From Paraphysomonas bandaiensis (Eukaryota; Protista; Chrysophyceae): a DNA stretch of 64,000 nucleotides. Made by a program: the position numbers and the translations under genes. The DNA lies in the NCBI GenBank assembly GCA_965644295.1, contig CBFFRP010000035.1:186001-250000 (forward strand), written 5' to 3'. Shown here one piece after another: positions 38,697 through 49,948 of this stretch (position 1 is its first letter; the number at the start of each line of letters is the position of its first letter). The notes below the pieces were generated by a model. That model was not told where the DNA came from and searched no databases. It saw only the letters and a program-made list of their open reading frames with translations.

Positions 38697-40254
38697 TCAA
38701 ATTGTCAGCTTCACAAGGGACGGTCTACGAACAGATGTATCTGTCGGTAACGACGGACTTCGCCCTGGTAGTAATTTCATGGTATGGTCTGGAGAGCAAT
38801 AGTGGTAATCCTTCAGTTTGTTCTCTATATCTTTCGGCACTGGGTTAATATAAGCTCTCTTGCATGTCGATATGCTGACCATTTTGCTTGCAAGCTCAAA
38901 CTTTTGTTTAGCCTTGTTAGATTTCTTGGTGATGGAGTAGTGTTGAGCCTTGCTGTCATTGACTGCGCTGGACATAGTTGGGTTGAAGGGTGGACGGGGC
39001 TGCATTTGCAGTACATTATTGTCGACAACACACCCATTCGATTGGAACCACGGGTGGGAGTGAAAAATATTGTACCGAGTATCAACCCCAATACGGGCAG
39101 GAAGTCGAACATCAAGTAGTCCCCGCATCATATCTATACACTCCTCCGAGATAGACACCTTCCCTACAGGATAGAGTATGTGAAACAGGCAAATGCACTA
39201 CTAAATCGTACCTGCACTAGAAGGAAAATTGGTTATTATTTCTGGCGACGGGGGCAAAATGCCATGTATCTTCGGCAATACCTTGATCTTACTCTTACTG
39301 CCTCTTCGCTGAACTCCAGTGATAGATATCGGGCTGGATTGCTTTTCCTCGAATGGAAGACCTTTGCTCAATCTGTCCCAGTATATATCTTGGTAATTCA
39401 TATCACTGTAGTCAACGTACTTCGTTGGCGCCTGCTTGTGAAACGGTTTCTTGGTGTATATCAATTCATAACACACCACTCCAAGGCTCCAGAAATCTGC
39501 TTCGAAGCTATGCCGGTGGGATTTGGTGAATATTTCTGGCGCCATATATGGTTTCGTACCACTGCGTAGTTTACAAACTACGCCTGTATCTGTCACACCG
39601 ATATAAGATATATCAAAATCAACAAGTCGGGGATATCCACGAGCATCCAAGATGATATTTTCCGGCTTCACATCTCCTATATAATAACACGAGGTATGAA
39701 AATGGGAAGATCTAACTTATAGACACACACAGCACCAAATACTAACAAAAATAAAGACATATCTAAACGGTGCAGTTATTCTAAACATAGTACTACATTA
39801 TGAACATATGTATACGCTTACGATGAATGATCTTCTTTGAGTGAATGAAATGTAAAGCGGATCCGATACACGCAACGATGAATGAGGCCATCTTCTCATC
39901 AAAGACAACATTCTTGAGCAAGTGATAGCGCAAATCACCTCCACGTAAATGTTCCATCCCAAGAAAACACGACATACCATCATGAAAAGCAAACATCACA
40001 TTGACTATGAATGGATGGTCCTCTAGTTGTCTGAGTGCTTTGAGCTCAGCGCATATCCCGTCAAGACCCTCCGGCCCATGAGACACAGCTCGCTTGATGG
40101 TCATTTCTTTCAGTACAAGCCATGTGTGGTCCGGCCTGTACATGACGGAGTGTACAGTGGCGATGCCCCCCTCCGCTATAGTGTGAGAGTATGTGAACTT
40201 AGACAGATCCAGACGATAGCTGACTGGCAGAAGAACAGAACACACGGCTCCCAT
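38697..40254 (-). CDS. AGC-group Ser/Thr kinase (STK32/YANK-like), 3 exons
   Basis: MGAVCS acylation-type N-terminus; HPFIVNVMFAF; GGDLRYHL; HRDVKPENIIL; DFD in place of DFG; GTKPYMAPE; DFWSLGV. Confidence 0.85.
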
Positions 40255-40321
40255 ACTGCTCAGTGATTAACAGAATGATATCTATCTGTTTGGGAGTAGA
40301 GCTACACGGGCCACCTCACAG

Positions 40322-40371
40322 CCATATCCATATCCATGTCCATGTCCACGTCCATATCCACGTCCATGTCC
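40322..40371. repeat. (CCAYRT)8 hexamer microsatellite upstream of the kinase
   Basis: CCATAT/CCATGT/CCACGT tandem units read directly from the sequence. Confidence 0.85.
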
Positions 40372-40859
40372 AGTATATATATATGGACGAACTCACTTAG
40401 CTTCAGATCCCGGCCGTGTGTCCACACAGCATGATGGTGAAGTGTTGGAAGAACAAAGAGAGGCAGGTGAAGTACGTATGACTTCTTGTTGTACGCCACG
40501 TATATACGGTACTGTATACCTCTCATTACACAGCAACACTATCAGCCTACCATCCACATACGTATCCCAAGCACAATACGTAGATGTATGAGCGGTATAC
40601 TATGTAGGGTGGCAGTGTGCTGACGAAAGTGTAGGCATTCTGTATACCGCCGTATACAGCGTATGTGTGTATGGTATGGTGTGTATGTATATATATGATA
40701 CTGTTGTATAGTATAGTTTAATAGTATAGTTGTATGCTGTATTGTGTTGGTGTGCAGGCTATACAGCTGAGTGTACAGCATGTAGAGTACCAAACATAAC
40801 GATACTCAGCTCTAACCTGCAATGTGTATATATCCTCTCTGAGTTAATTCGACCTAATC

Positions 40860-43735
40860 ATGAGTGCGAATCGAAAGCTTCAAGGTACCCCTGTTGACCT
40901 CCTCTCCTGTCTTGCGCGCTCTTATGTGTCATACGTATTAAAGGGGAAGTCGACAGAGTTCTGAAGAAAGTCGAAGAAGGCGTTGAAACATTCGACGACA
41001 TATGGGAGAAGGTGATCCCACTATCATGACAGTGTATGTGTGTGTTGATGTGTATGTGTGTATATATGCGTATAGGTGTACTCTGCCGGTCAACAGAGTC
41101 TTAAAGAGAAGTATGAGGGAGACCTCAAGAAAGAAATAAAGAAACTGCAGAGATTAAGAGATCAAATTAAGACTTGGATTGGAAGCAGTGATATTAAAGA
41201 CAAGACTGCTCTTACAGAGGCTAGAAAGGTATGAGTTAACATAAGATTAGGAATAGCCCGTGCGCACTAACGTTGATTACCTAACGACAGCTGATCGAAG
41301 TCAAGATGGAAGAATTCAAAGTGTGTGAAAGAGAAACCAAAACCAAAGCATATAGCCGGGAGGGTTTAGCACGAGAGGAAAAACTTGATCCTCGGGAAAT
41401 CGAGAAAGAGGAGAAACGTTCCTGGGTGCAAAGTATTATTGACAGAATTGAGGCTGCGGTCGAGGTGCTGGACGCAGATCTCGAGCGTATGAGCAGTGCT
41501 AAGGGAAAAAGTAAAAACAAGGAACAGGTGAGGGACCTAGAAGGTTGTGTGAACTTGCCATGTACCTTACTTTTTTACTACAAAATTGTGCCTAGCTTTG
41601 GTTTTGTTTTGTATGAGTTCTAGCACTGTATTTGTATTGTCAGTGTGGCATTATTAAAATATCTGTATATTTGCAGATGGAGAAGCTTGAGAGTAGAATA
41701 TCAACGAACAGGTGGCATGTAACGAAGCTCGAACAGATCAATCGACTCCTAGATAACGATTCCCTGGAACCCAACAAGTTAGATGACATCAAGGAAGAGA
41801 TAGAGTACTACGTTGAGGTCACCTTAATTATTACTTGTCAATATTTTTTACAACGTATTTTTATGGTTGTTTTATTAGTGTGTTGAAGATGAAGATGCAG
41901 CTGACAGTATGGAGGGTGCGGATTACAATTTTTATGAGGACCTCCAGCTTGATGCTATTGGAATGGGAGGTCCTGGATACCCAACAGAAACTCCACATCG
42001 CCCAGTCAGAAACGAATCAGGATCATCCCAACCTGAAGAGGAGACAAAGCGCGAGGTTGACGAGGGGCTGGAGCCACCGGGTATGTACTGACGGAGTATC
42101 CTTTGATATGTGTATAGTCTGTCGATTACATTACTGTCAAAAAGTGTATTGTAAAGTATCTTCTTTCGTAAGTGACAACGTCTGCAGTTGTTACCCGCAA
42201 GAAATCTGGTAATGTAGCTGCTCCTCTGTCTACTGTGGCGGCTATGCTTCCAGCACTTGGGCTTGGTAACGCTGCTCCTAAGCCCGCTGCAAGTAAACAA
42301 TCGACTGTTGCAGCTGCAAAAGCGCCGACCACTGCTGCAACGACAGGCAAGGTGGTTTCAAGTGGTAAGACCATAGCAGCCTCAACAGCGGCATCGAAGG
42401 GCACCCCTGAAAGGAATAAGAGTGGTGAGATAAGACACTGTGAGGCACGCCTTTCTTTAGCCTTGTAGAATACGTATTATTGTCTGCATAGATTTATGAG
42501 ATCTGTATACCGTTGATATCTAAAGCTCTTTAACGTCTGCCCTATTTATATAGACAAAAAGTCGGCGGAATTGTCAAAACCTAAGGAGTCGTCTTCGAAT
42601 GTTCCCGCTGCAACTTCTTGGGCGTCAGCGGCCACTGGTGTGCAGCGTGGAACCTCAGGAAGCCCGGCGGCGAGTGAAAATGTGCCTATGGCTTCGTCAA
42701 GCGATTTAATTGATGGTGACAAGGGGGACGGAGATGACGACAGGAACTCCTTGCCGGATAATTCATCATCACTTGCGGAAAATCAAAAAGCTGAAGTGCC
42801 ACCTGACTCTGCTGTCGTCGGGCCTCCTTCGGCCACGGGGGGTACTTCTAGTAGTGCACAGCAGTCTCACCCTGGCCAAAGTGTTCGCCAAGGAGATAAC
42901 CTTGCATCTGGAAATGGCTCTGCATCTTTCATGGGGAATCCGGGCATGCCACCACTTCATCCTCCATCTGGATCGAGTCATCATCATGGTGCGGCGTCGA
43001 ACCAGAGCTCCCCATTAATATCCGGTATGTCCGGGCCGCCACAGGGAGCAAGGATTCTCACACCAGAAATGCAGGTACATACACGTAGATTTAACTGTCC
43101 AGTTGATGTTCTACGAGGTTGTATAAGTGCGTTTGGTTGAGGGTGTAAAATTTGTAGTGTAAAGTTTGATATGTACTGTCTGTAGTCTCTGGCTAATATG
43201 CTGAAAGTGTCAATGGCAACAATTCCTCCTGCCGAGAGTAGTGACAGAAGTAGAGGGTACGGGCCTTCATGTGCTATTATTACCTTAATATTCTGCAATA
43301 TTTATAGATACACCCCCAGGAATCCCTACCCATGTCACCCCGCGTTTCCAACGCAACCACCATCTGTTATTGATAATCCAGCTTTATTTGATCGCCTTCC
43401 TGTGGACACCCTCTTCCTGGCCTTTTACTACCAGCAAAATACCCTTCAGCAGAATTTGGCTGCTAGACAGCTCAAAAAGCACTCATGGAGATTCCACAAG
43501 AAATACATGACGTGGTTCCAAAGGCATGAGGAGCCCAAGGTGACAACGGACGAGTATGAAGAAGGAACATACGTTTACTTCGATTATGAGAGCGGTAAGT
43601 GAGATTCGTGGCACTGTGGCTATATTGTCATTTTTGTTGGTAGGGTGGTGTCAAAGAATCAAATCTAAGTTTACATTCGAGTACAGTTACTTAGAAGACG
43701 AACTGAGTCAATCCCAAGAAAAGAGCCATTCGTAG
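40860..43735 (+). CDS. CNOT3: CCR4-NOT complex subunit Not3/Not5
   Basis: [21 protein letters not shown]; [23 protein letters not shown]; [14 protein letters not shown]; NOT box [11 protein letters not shown]...[19 protein letters not shown]...[12 protein letters not shown]. Confidence 0.95.
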
Positions 43736-44452
43736 CACTCGAGATATGTTTGAAATAAAAGACAAAGTCATTGAAAGTTGAGGTGTATGCTTAGTAAATT
43801 CAACACTAGCTATAATGTTGTTGAAGTTGTGACCGTAGTTGTCAATATTGTTGACCCCGCTACTATTGATAATAAGACAGATCAAGCTAAATTATAGTCT
43901 AAGAGCTGATGTCGTTGTAGTTGTTACATACGAACGCTTGAATAATATATGGCGATTAGTCACTGACGATTCTCAGTATGATGATTGCGAAGGTGCAGTG
44001 GCTCTTATTTCATCGAAAATATGTAAGTTGAGATTGGATATTGGATCTCCCGTTCTTGGCCTGGCTTAGGTAATTGGAAAACTGTTGTAGGTGGACATAA
44101 AAGCAATGCAGATATAGGAATGAAAAATAGAATTTAAAGTCATGCATTAACACCAGTCGCGGAGGGAGGACGAGATAATATCCCTCCAATACAACACACA
44201 CATTGTGCTACGTGTTACACAGAATTCTGCACAAATGTCCTTCTGATTAATAGTTTATAGAGAACATATTGCCCATACAAATTCTAGCAACTGATAACAC
44301 AGCTATGTTGCACGCATGACAACGATGGCATGAGAATGTTATGATCTTTGAGAAACAACAAAGTAACTGTGACTATTAACGCAGGTAGGTGATCAAGTCT
44401 TGAAAGAATTTACCTTAATTTACGGTGGCCAAACAATCGCACATATGGAAGT

Positions 44453-46012
44453 TCACAACATCTTGGTGTGTTTTGAAATAGTCTTCGCGTAATAGGTTTC
44501 CAAATAGACTATTAGCCATGTCATAGAAAAGACTAGTGCACATATAAAACACTGGCTTCCACTTAGATCTAAGTGCATTGGAAGAACACCTTTTGTGCTG
44601 ACAGCACCAGATTCAACTAATGCTGCAAGATACAAAAGGATCAAAGCTATAAGAGATACGCGAACTGTTTCTAGGGTTGGGGCCTTGGAGTTGCCTTCGT
44701 TTATGAATCCAATGGACACTAGAGATATTACCGGTAACACACACTCCAGTAGAAGCCTCTCAAAGCACATGTTTTTGTGTGTCAAAAGAATGTGCAGCGC
44801 AGATAACAAGGTGAGTACAAAGTGTATAAGGCTATATGTCCGTAGAAGGAGCGAGGGCTTCCGGGTGCTACAGTACTTGATTCTCCCTGGTGGTGCTTTT
44901 CCTATGTGCGGTGGCAGCTGGGATGGGGCAGTAACAAGTAGATTCTGCGGCTGAAATACAATTGCGTGCTTTACTCTCCGTCGAAAGAGAACGCTTAGGA
45001 AACGTATCACTTTTCCTATAGATCCATACTTGGTGGTAGGGCTCGCAGAGCTACCTGTGTCGTCGATATTGAGCATTCTTACCGCATGGGCATAGTTCGC
45101 ATATAGAGGATTGAAACTGTTAAGTTGATTTCCAAGACCGTAAAAATCTTTCACTTCTTTTTCTTCTCGAAAAGTGCCAAACAAGCGGTCCCATATGATC
45201 AGTACGCCGGCGTAGTTGCAGTTCCCAGGGGGACGATGGTGCATGCGGTGATGTGATGGGGTGTTGAGTACAATTTCCAGAAATCCAAGCTTTCCTATCT
45301 GACCACCATCCCAACATATTAGCCAATTACGAATAGTGCCATCTGCATACCTGATCAGTGTGAATCCAAAACTGATATAGTGTATTCAGCTGGCTATGTC
45401 CTAGGAAGGCAGCAGGTGGGAAGCCTATGAAAGCAAGCGGCATATAGAAAAAGCGACTGTAAAGTGCCTGAGTCGTGCCTTGACGCAGCGCAGTAGCAAG
45501 ATTATAGTACTCTCCTGAGTGATGCACGGAGTGTCCAATCCACATGAAGTGATACTCGTGGGCAGTTCGATGCATCCAATAATACCCGAGATCTACTCCC
45601 AAAAACAGCGCCGCAAATACCCATGGAGACTCCACATCAATATTAAACATTCGCCAATGTTTATATATATAAATATAAGGAAACAGCGACAGGCCTCGCA
45701 ACAACACATCAGTAATTTGCTGCACAATTCCCAAACTAATGGAGCAAACCGCCTCTTCGACGTTATATAGAGACCTCCGCCTGATATACGCCACAGCTGC
45801 ACATGGAGTCACTTGCAGTGCAGTAAACACACACATCATTGTAACGCACCTGCCTCTGAGAATATCATGAGGAAGAAGAAGGGTATGGCGTTCGAGATGA
45901 AGGCTGGGACCCTGTCGACATCTGTCACTGATAGAGATGAGGGGGACACTATGTAGAACATGGACCCTACAGGGACAATGAAATCATGCCACATATCCAG
46001 TGATAACTCCAT
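44453..46012 (-). CDS. AGMO: Alkylglycerol monooxygenase (fatty-acid hydroxylase superfamily)
   Basis: His boxes YYWMHRTAH, HSVHHS, YQFWIHT and PSHHRMHH; YNLATALRQ; NYAGVLIIWDRLFGTF; C-terminal TM extension typical of AGMO. Confidence 0.9.
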
Positions 46013-46522
46013 AGCGCACTGTAGTGTAGCAGCTATGTGTGAAGTGTGTTGTATGTATGTGTGCGTATCTTCTGCCTGCTGTGCTGCAGCGTTATCTGCA
46101 GGCAGGTCCTGCTGCTGCTGTATGTACACCTATATCCATACTCATAGATGCGCAGCAGTATTCCGGTGGATATCTACGTATCTACACTATGTATGGTATG
46201 AACATGCCGCAAGGATCTGCAGTATGCTCTGTGTAGTCTGTACGCTGTATTGGATTCATCCAGCGCTTTTTTGGTGAAGGAATTCCTACCAATTTTCTGT
46301 TTTCAGCAAGAAAACCCGAATATTATGCACTGTATCTATTGTCGTACTGTAGGTAGAGTATGTATTTGCACTATCAATCTGTCGAAAAATTGGTTTGATA
46401 GACCAGAAATACGTGCACGGTATACCGCATGATCATGATATCCAGAGTGAGATGCGCGTGTGCTGTGAGTCATCGTGATGCGCTCTGCATGTCACTGCAG
46501 ATCCAACTCGTCTCAGTGAAAG

Positions 46523-47863
46523 ATGTCATACAACTTCATATTCAGTACCACTAAGAGCATCCTCTATGAGCTGGGTTCATCAAGGAGGCTGGGAGGTCTT
46601 CTAAAGGGTTCAGTGAGTAGCGGGAGAGGGGGAGGGAGGGTGCTTCTGGTCACTGATAGGGGCATAGCTGACAGCGGACTATGTGATGGGTGTGTACAGG
46701 AGATGGAGAGGAGCGGGTATGAGGTAGACGTATACTCTGAGGTGAGACACACACATATAGAGAGACATGTGTACATAGAGTGAATGCATGTGTATATATG
46801 AGCCAACACAAGTGCTGCAGGTGATCGCCGATCCTCCTGAGGAGAACATAAGAGAAGCGGTGGATAGAGCCAAACAGAGGGGAGTGGTGGGTGTGGTCGG
46901 ATTTGGTGGCGGTAGTTCGATGGATGTTGCTAAACTAGTTTCATTTCTCTCTTCGAGTGAGTGCACACAGGACTTGTCAGACATATACGGTGTGGGTATG
47001 TGTAAAGGCAGCCGCCTACCTCTTATTCAGGTACCGACAACTGCTGGGACTGGAAGTGAAGTGACCCCAATATCTATTGTAACCACTGGTCAAAATGAGA
47101 AGAAGGGTATCGTATCACCTTTGCTTCTTCCGGACTGGGCCGTTTTGGATGGTGAGCTGACTCTCTCTGTCCCACCGAGCACGACCGCCGCAACAGGAAT
47201 CGATGCAATGGTACACGCCATCGAAGCGTATACAACTCGTTTGAAGAAGAATCCACTCTCGGATATTCTTGCTAAAGAGGCACTACGTTTACTCGGGGGA
47301 AACATACGGACAGTATGTAGTACTACAGGTTGCAATGACGCTCACGCTCGTGGAGAGATGTTGCTGGGGTCTATGTATGCGGGAATGGCATTTGCCAATG
47401 CCCCTGTGGGTGCAGTACATGCACTGGCCTATCCCATTGGTACCCACTTTCACGTTCCTCATGGTCTCTCCAACTCCCTCATGCTACCGTAAGACTGTCA
47501 ACATACAATTGACTTTGTATTACTCACTTGTATTGGTGTATGTGCAGACATGTTTTGAGATTCAATTCATCTCGAGACGGAGGTAGTGAAAGGTGCGCAG
47601 CAATGTATGCGGAGCTGTCAGATATTGTGTTTAATGAAGGGAGCAGTGGAGACGTATACGACAGGGCAGAACAGTTTGCAGTTCTTTTCGAGAAACTTGC
47701 GCAGGGGTTAAATATTCCGCTTAATCTGAGGGATGTGGGAATTAAAAGCACTGATATAAACGTTCTAGCACAAGAGGCAGTGAAGCAGACCAGACTGTTG
47801 CCTAATAATGCAAGAGATGTATCCTTTGATGATGCATTACGCTTGTACGAATGTGCTCTTTAG
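46523..47863 (+). CDS. Iron-containing (group III) alcohol dehydrogenase, 3 exons
   Basis: GFGGGSSMDVAK; VPTTAGTGSEVT; GIDAMVHAIEAY; VHALAY...FHVPHG metal ligands. Confidence 0.93.
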
Positions 47864-47903
47864 ATTTAGTTCTTGATGATTATTGTTGGAATGCCTTGGT
47901 GGT

Positions 47904-48040
47904 ATAGTTATATATCAACCATGGGTAATAAGAGGCTATATCGCCCCGAGCTCAAAATTTTAGAATGAGGGCGAAGAGCCCGAGTTTTAAAATTTAGACA
48001 AGGGACGATACTCCTCTTCCCTAGGTTAAATTGTAACTTA
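47904..48040. repeat. Imperfect ~135-bp palindrome
   Basis: Arms AACC..GGG..AAGAGG..TATCG.CCC..AAATTTTA..GGGC mirrored around GAAGA. Confidence 0.65.
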
Positions 48041-48323
48041 TCCTCGTGATGTTGAAAACCAAATATCTAGATTGTATAGCTATTTGTAGCTTGCTTGCTC
48101 CATAAGAAATGAATAGGTGTTCCCTGATTAACATTAAGAAAAAAAGGAAAGCTCATTTTGTTTCAAATCAATGGTATATACTGTATGCTTTTAGGGAATA
48201 GCAGCTTCACTAGAATAAATCCGAACTAAAAAAAATCGCTACAACAAACGTACTCCTACCACAGGAGGATACTGAGGGAATAGCACCTGCGAGGTGTTGA
48301 AATTTGTACATAAGTGTGATGAT

Positions 48324-49241
48324 TCCTCAACAAAGTCGGACTTGCACCTTTCATGGTGTTCTGGGGGATTAGTACCGGAGATATTTCTCCGGGAAACTAA
48401 AGTGAACCGCATTAGATATAGTAAGCAGATATTGTTCTACACACTCGACAACGACGCCGTCTCCGGCAACTCTACCTATGCCCGAGGCCCAAACAGGGCA
48501 CTGAGACAGCGCCACATTCACATTCCAACTCCCCACCCAACTCTCAGCCCACACACCTAGCACTGGGTACACTCAAGACCTTCCTACAGAACACAGAACC
48601 CCGTACCACCACAAAACCCTGTGGAGTCTCATCCCAAGGGGAGACCCCCTGATAACACGCGCCAGTGTGTCCTAGAACACACGATCATGGCGAAACTCAC
48701 AGTCAACATTAAGAGCGGAAGTGGTCGCACCTTGGTGCTTGCGGCGACGCACAAGCAGCTTCTGTAGCGCTAAATAGTAGGATAATAGAGTTTGTGCTGA
48801 TTAGTTATGGATATAATAGGTCTAAATAGTCTGTCTAGTATTCAACTAGCCACTACATTGGTGCAGATTTTTAACGCCTATTGCTAAATGATAAGACTTT
48901 CAATATATGCACACTCATAGCCAAATGCTTGTGTGGTACAAGAGACACACTTGTGTAAGATGTCTTTGGGCCTTCTTGACAAATAAACAGGCATCCGGCA
49001 ATGAGGCCCACCTCAAGGGCATCCGGGGTACTGGGCTGCCTACTGAAGTCAAACATCCGGGCTAGTTCATCTTAAGGACAGAGAGTGACAATGGTTGCAT
49101 CTTGGTGCTTGCGGTGATGCACAAGCAGCTTCCGTAGCGTGAAATAGTAGGATATTAGAGTTAAGCACTAGTTTGTTAATTGCTTTTTGCCACATTAGTT
49201 CTGACTCTTACACGCCTATTTTGCTAATAATCAGACATTTA
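48324..49241 (+). mobile_element. Full-length AB copy interrupted by a CB insertion
   Basis: 5' part 48324-48446 continues colinearly at 48908-49241. Confidence 0.82.
48447..48907 (+). mobile_element. Longest CB copy (C-rich body plus shared tail)
   Basis: TSD TACACACTC (48438-48446) / TGCACACTC (48908-48916); matches 4426-4770. Confidence 0.8.
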
Positions 49242-49948
49242 CTACTGTCTTCCTGCTTCCCACTACCCAGATTACCGCGAGTCAGTGAAAATTACATATT
49301 TCTCTATTAATCAAGAGCATGTAGAGTACATTTGATATCATAAATATTGTCTGTGGTTTGGCTTATAATATTGAATTTTACTTGTAATAGCACAGTACTG
49401 ACTGAATTACGTTAAGAGGGTATATAATGAAATTGTGATGTTGTAGCACTGTGATTGTGGACGCCAACACCAAAATTCTGTTCTAAAAATTGTATCTTTA
49501 ACAGCTACTATATTTTCAGTTTCTTTGTATAATTTTAATAGCTACTCCTATATTGTAGTCCTGTATATTCTGTATTTCATTGCTACTAGCGATAGACTTC
49601 AACAAGCTTCAAGTACGCACGTTGGAGTTGGTTGTAGTTCAATATTCGTAATAGCATAACAGAAAATACTAGGTGACAAAATTCTCTAAAATCTGCAGGT
49701 TTAGCTAAAGTACATTCACGGGCATATTTCAACTGCTCCACGAATATCAAATACCTCTCATACAATGTATAACAAGTTACACATAGCCATGAACTTCTAA
49801 AGCATAAGAATACAAGTACTAAAAATAGTCGTATTATCAAACATTACAATGAACACTAAATAATGTCATCAAATATAAATGGCACACACAGAACAAATCA
49901 GCTACTCTCTTGTGTCAGGATAGCATGTATATACACTGCGAACTAGTA

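Noticed and set aside
48620-48705. Hammerhead-like words CTGATAA...GCCA/TGGC GAAAC...GTC in the C body (also 4490-4575)
   Set aside because: The core is CTGATAACACGC rather than CTGANGA, stem I cannot form with the sequence after GTC, and the other copy has ATC; at most a degenerate relic.
48324-49241. A-C-B-A-B layout resembling Ngaro/PAT split direct repeats
   Set aside because: The two A parts are consecutive halves of one copy, and a 9-bp TSD flanks C-B, so this is a nested insertion; tyrosine-recombinase retroelements generally do not make such TSDs.
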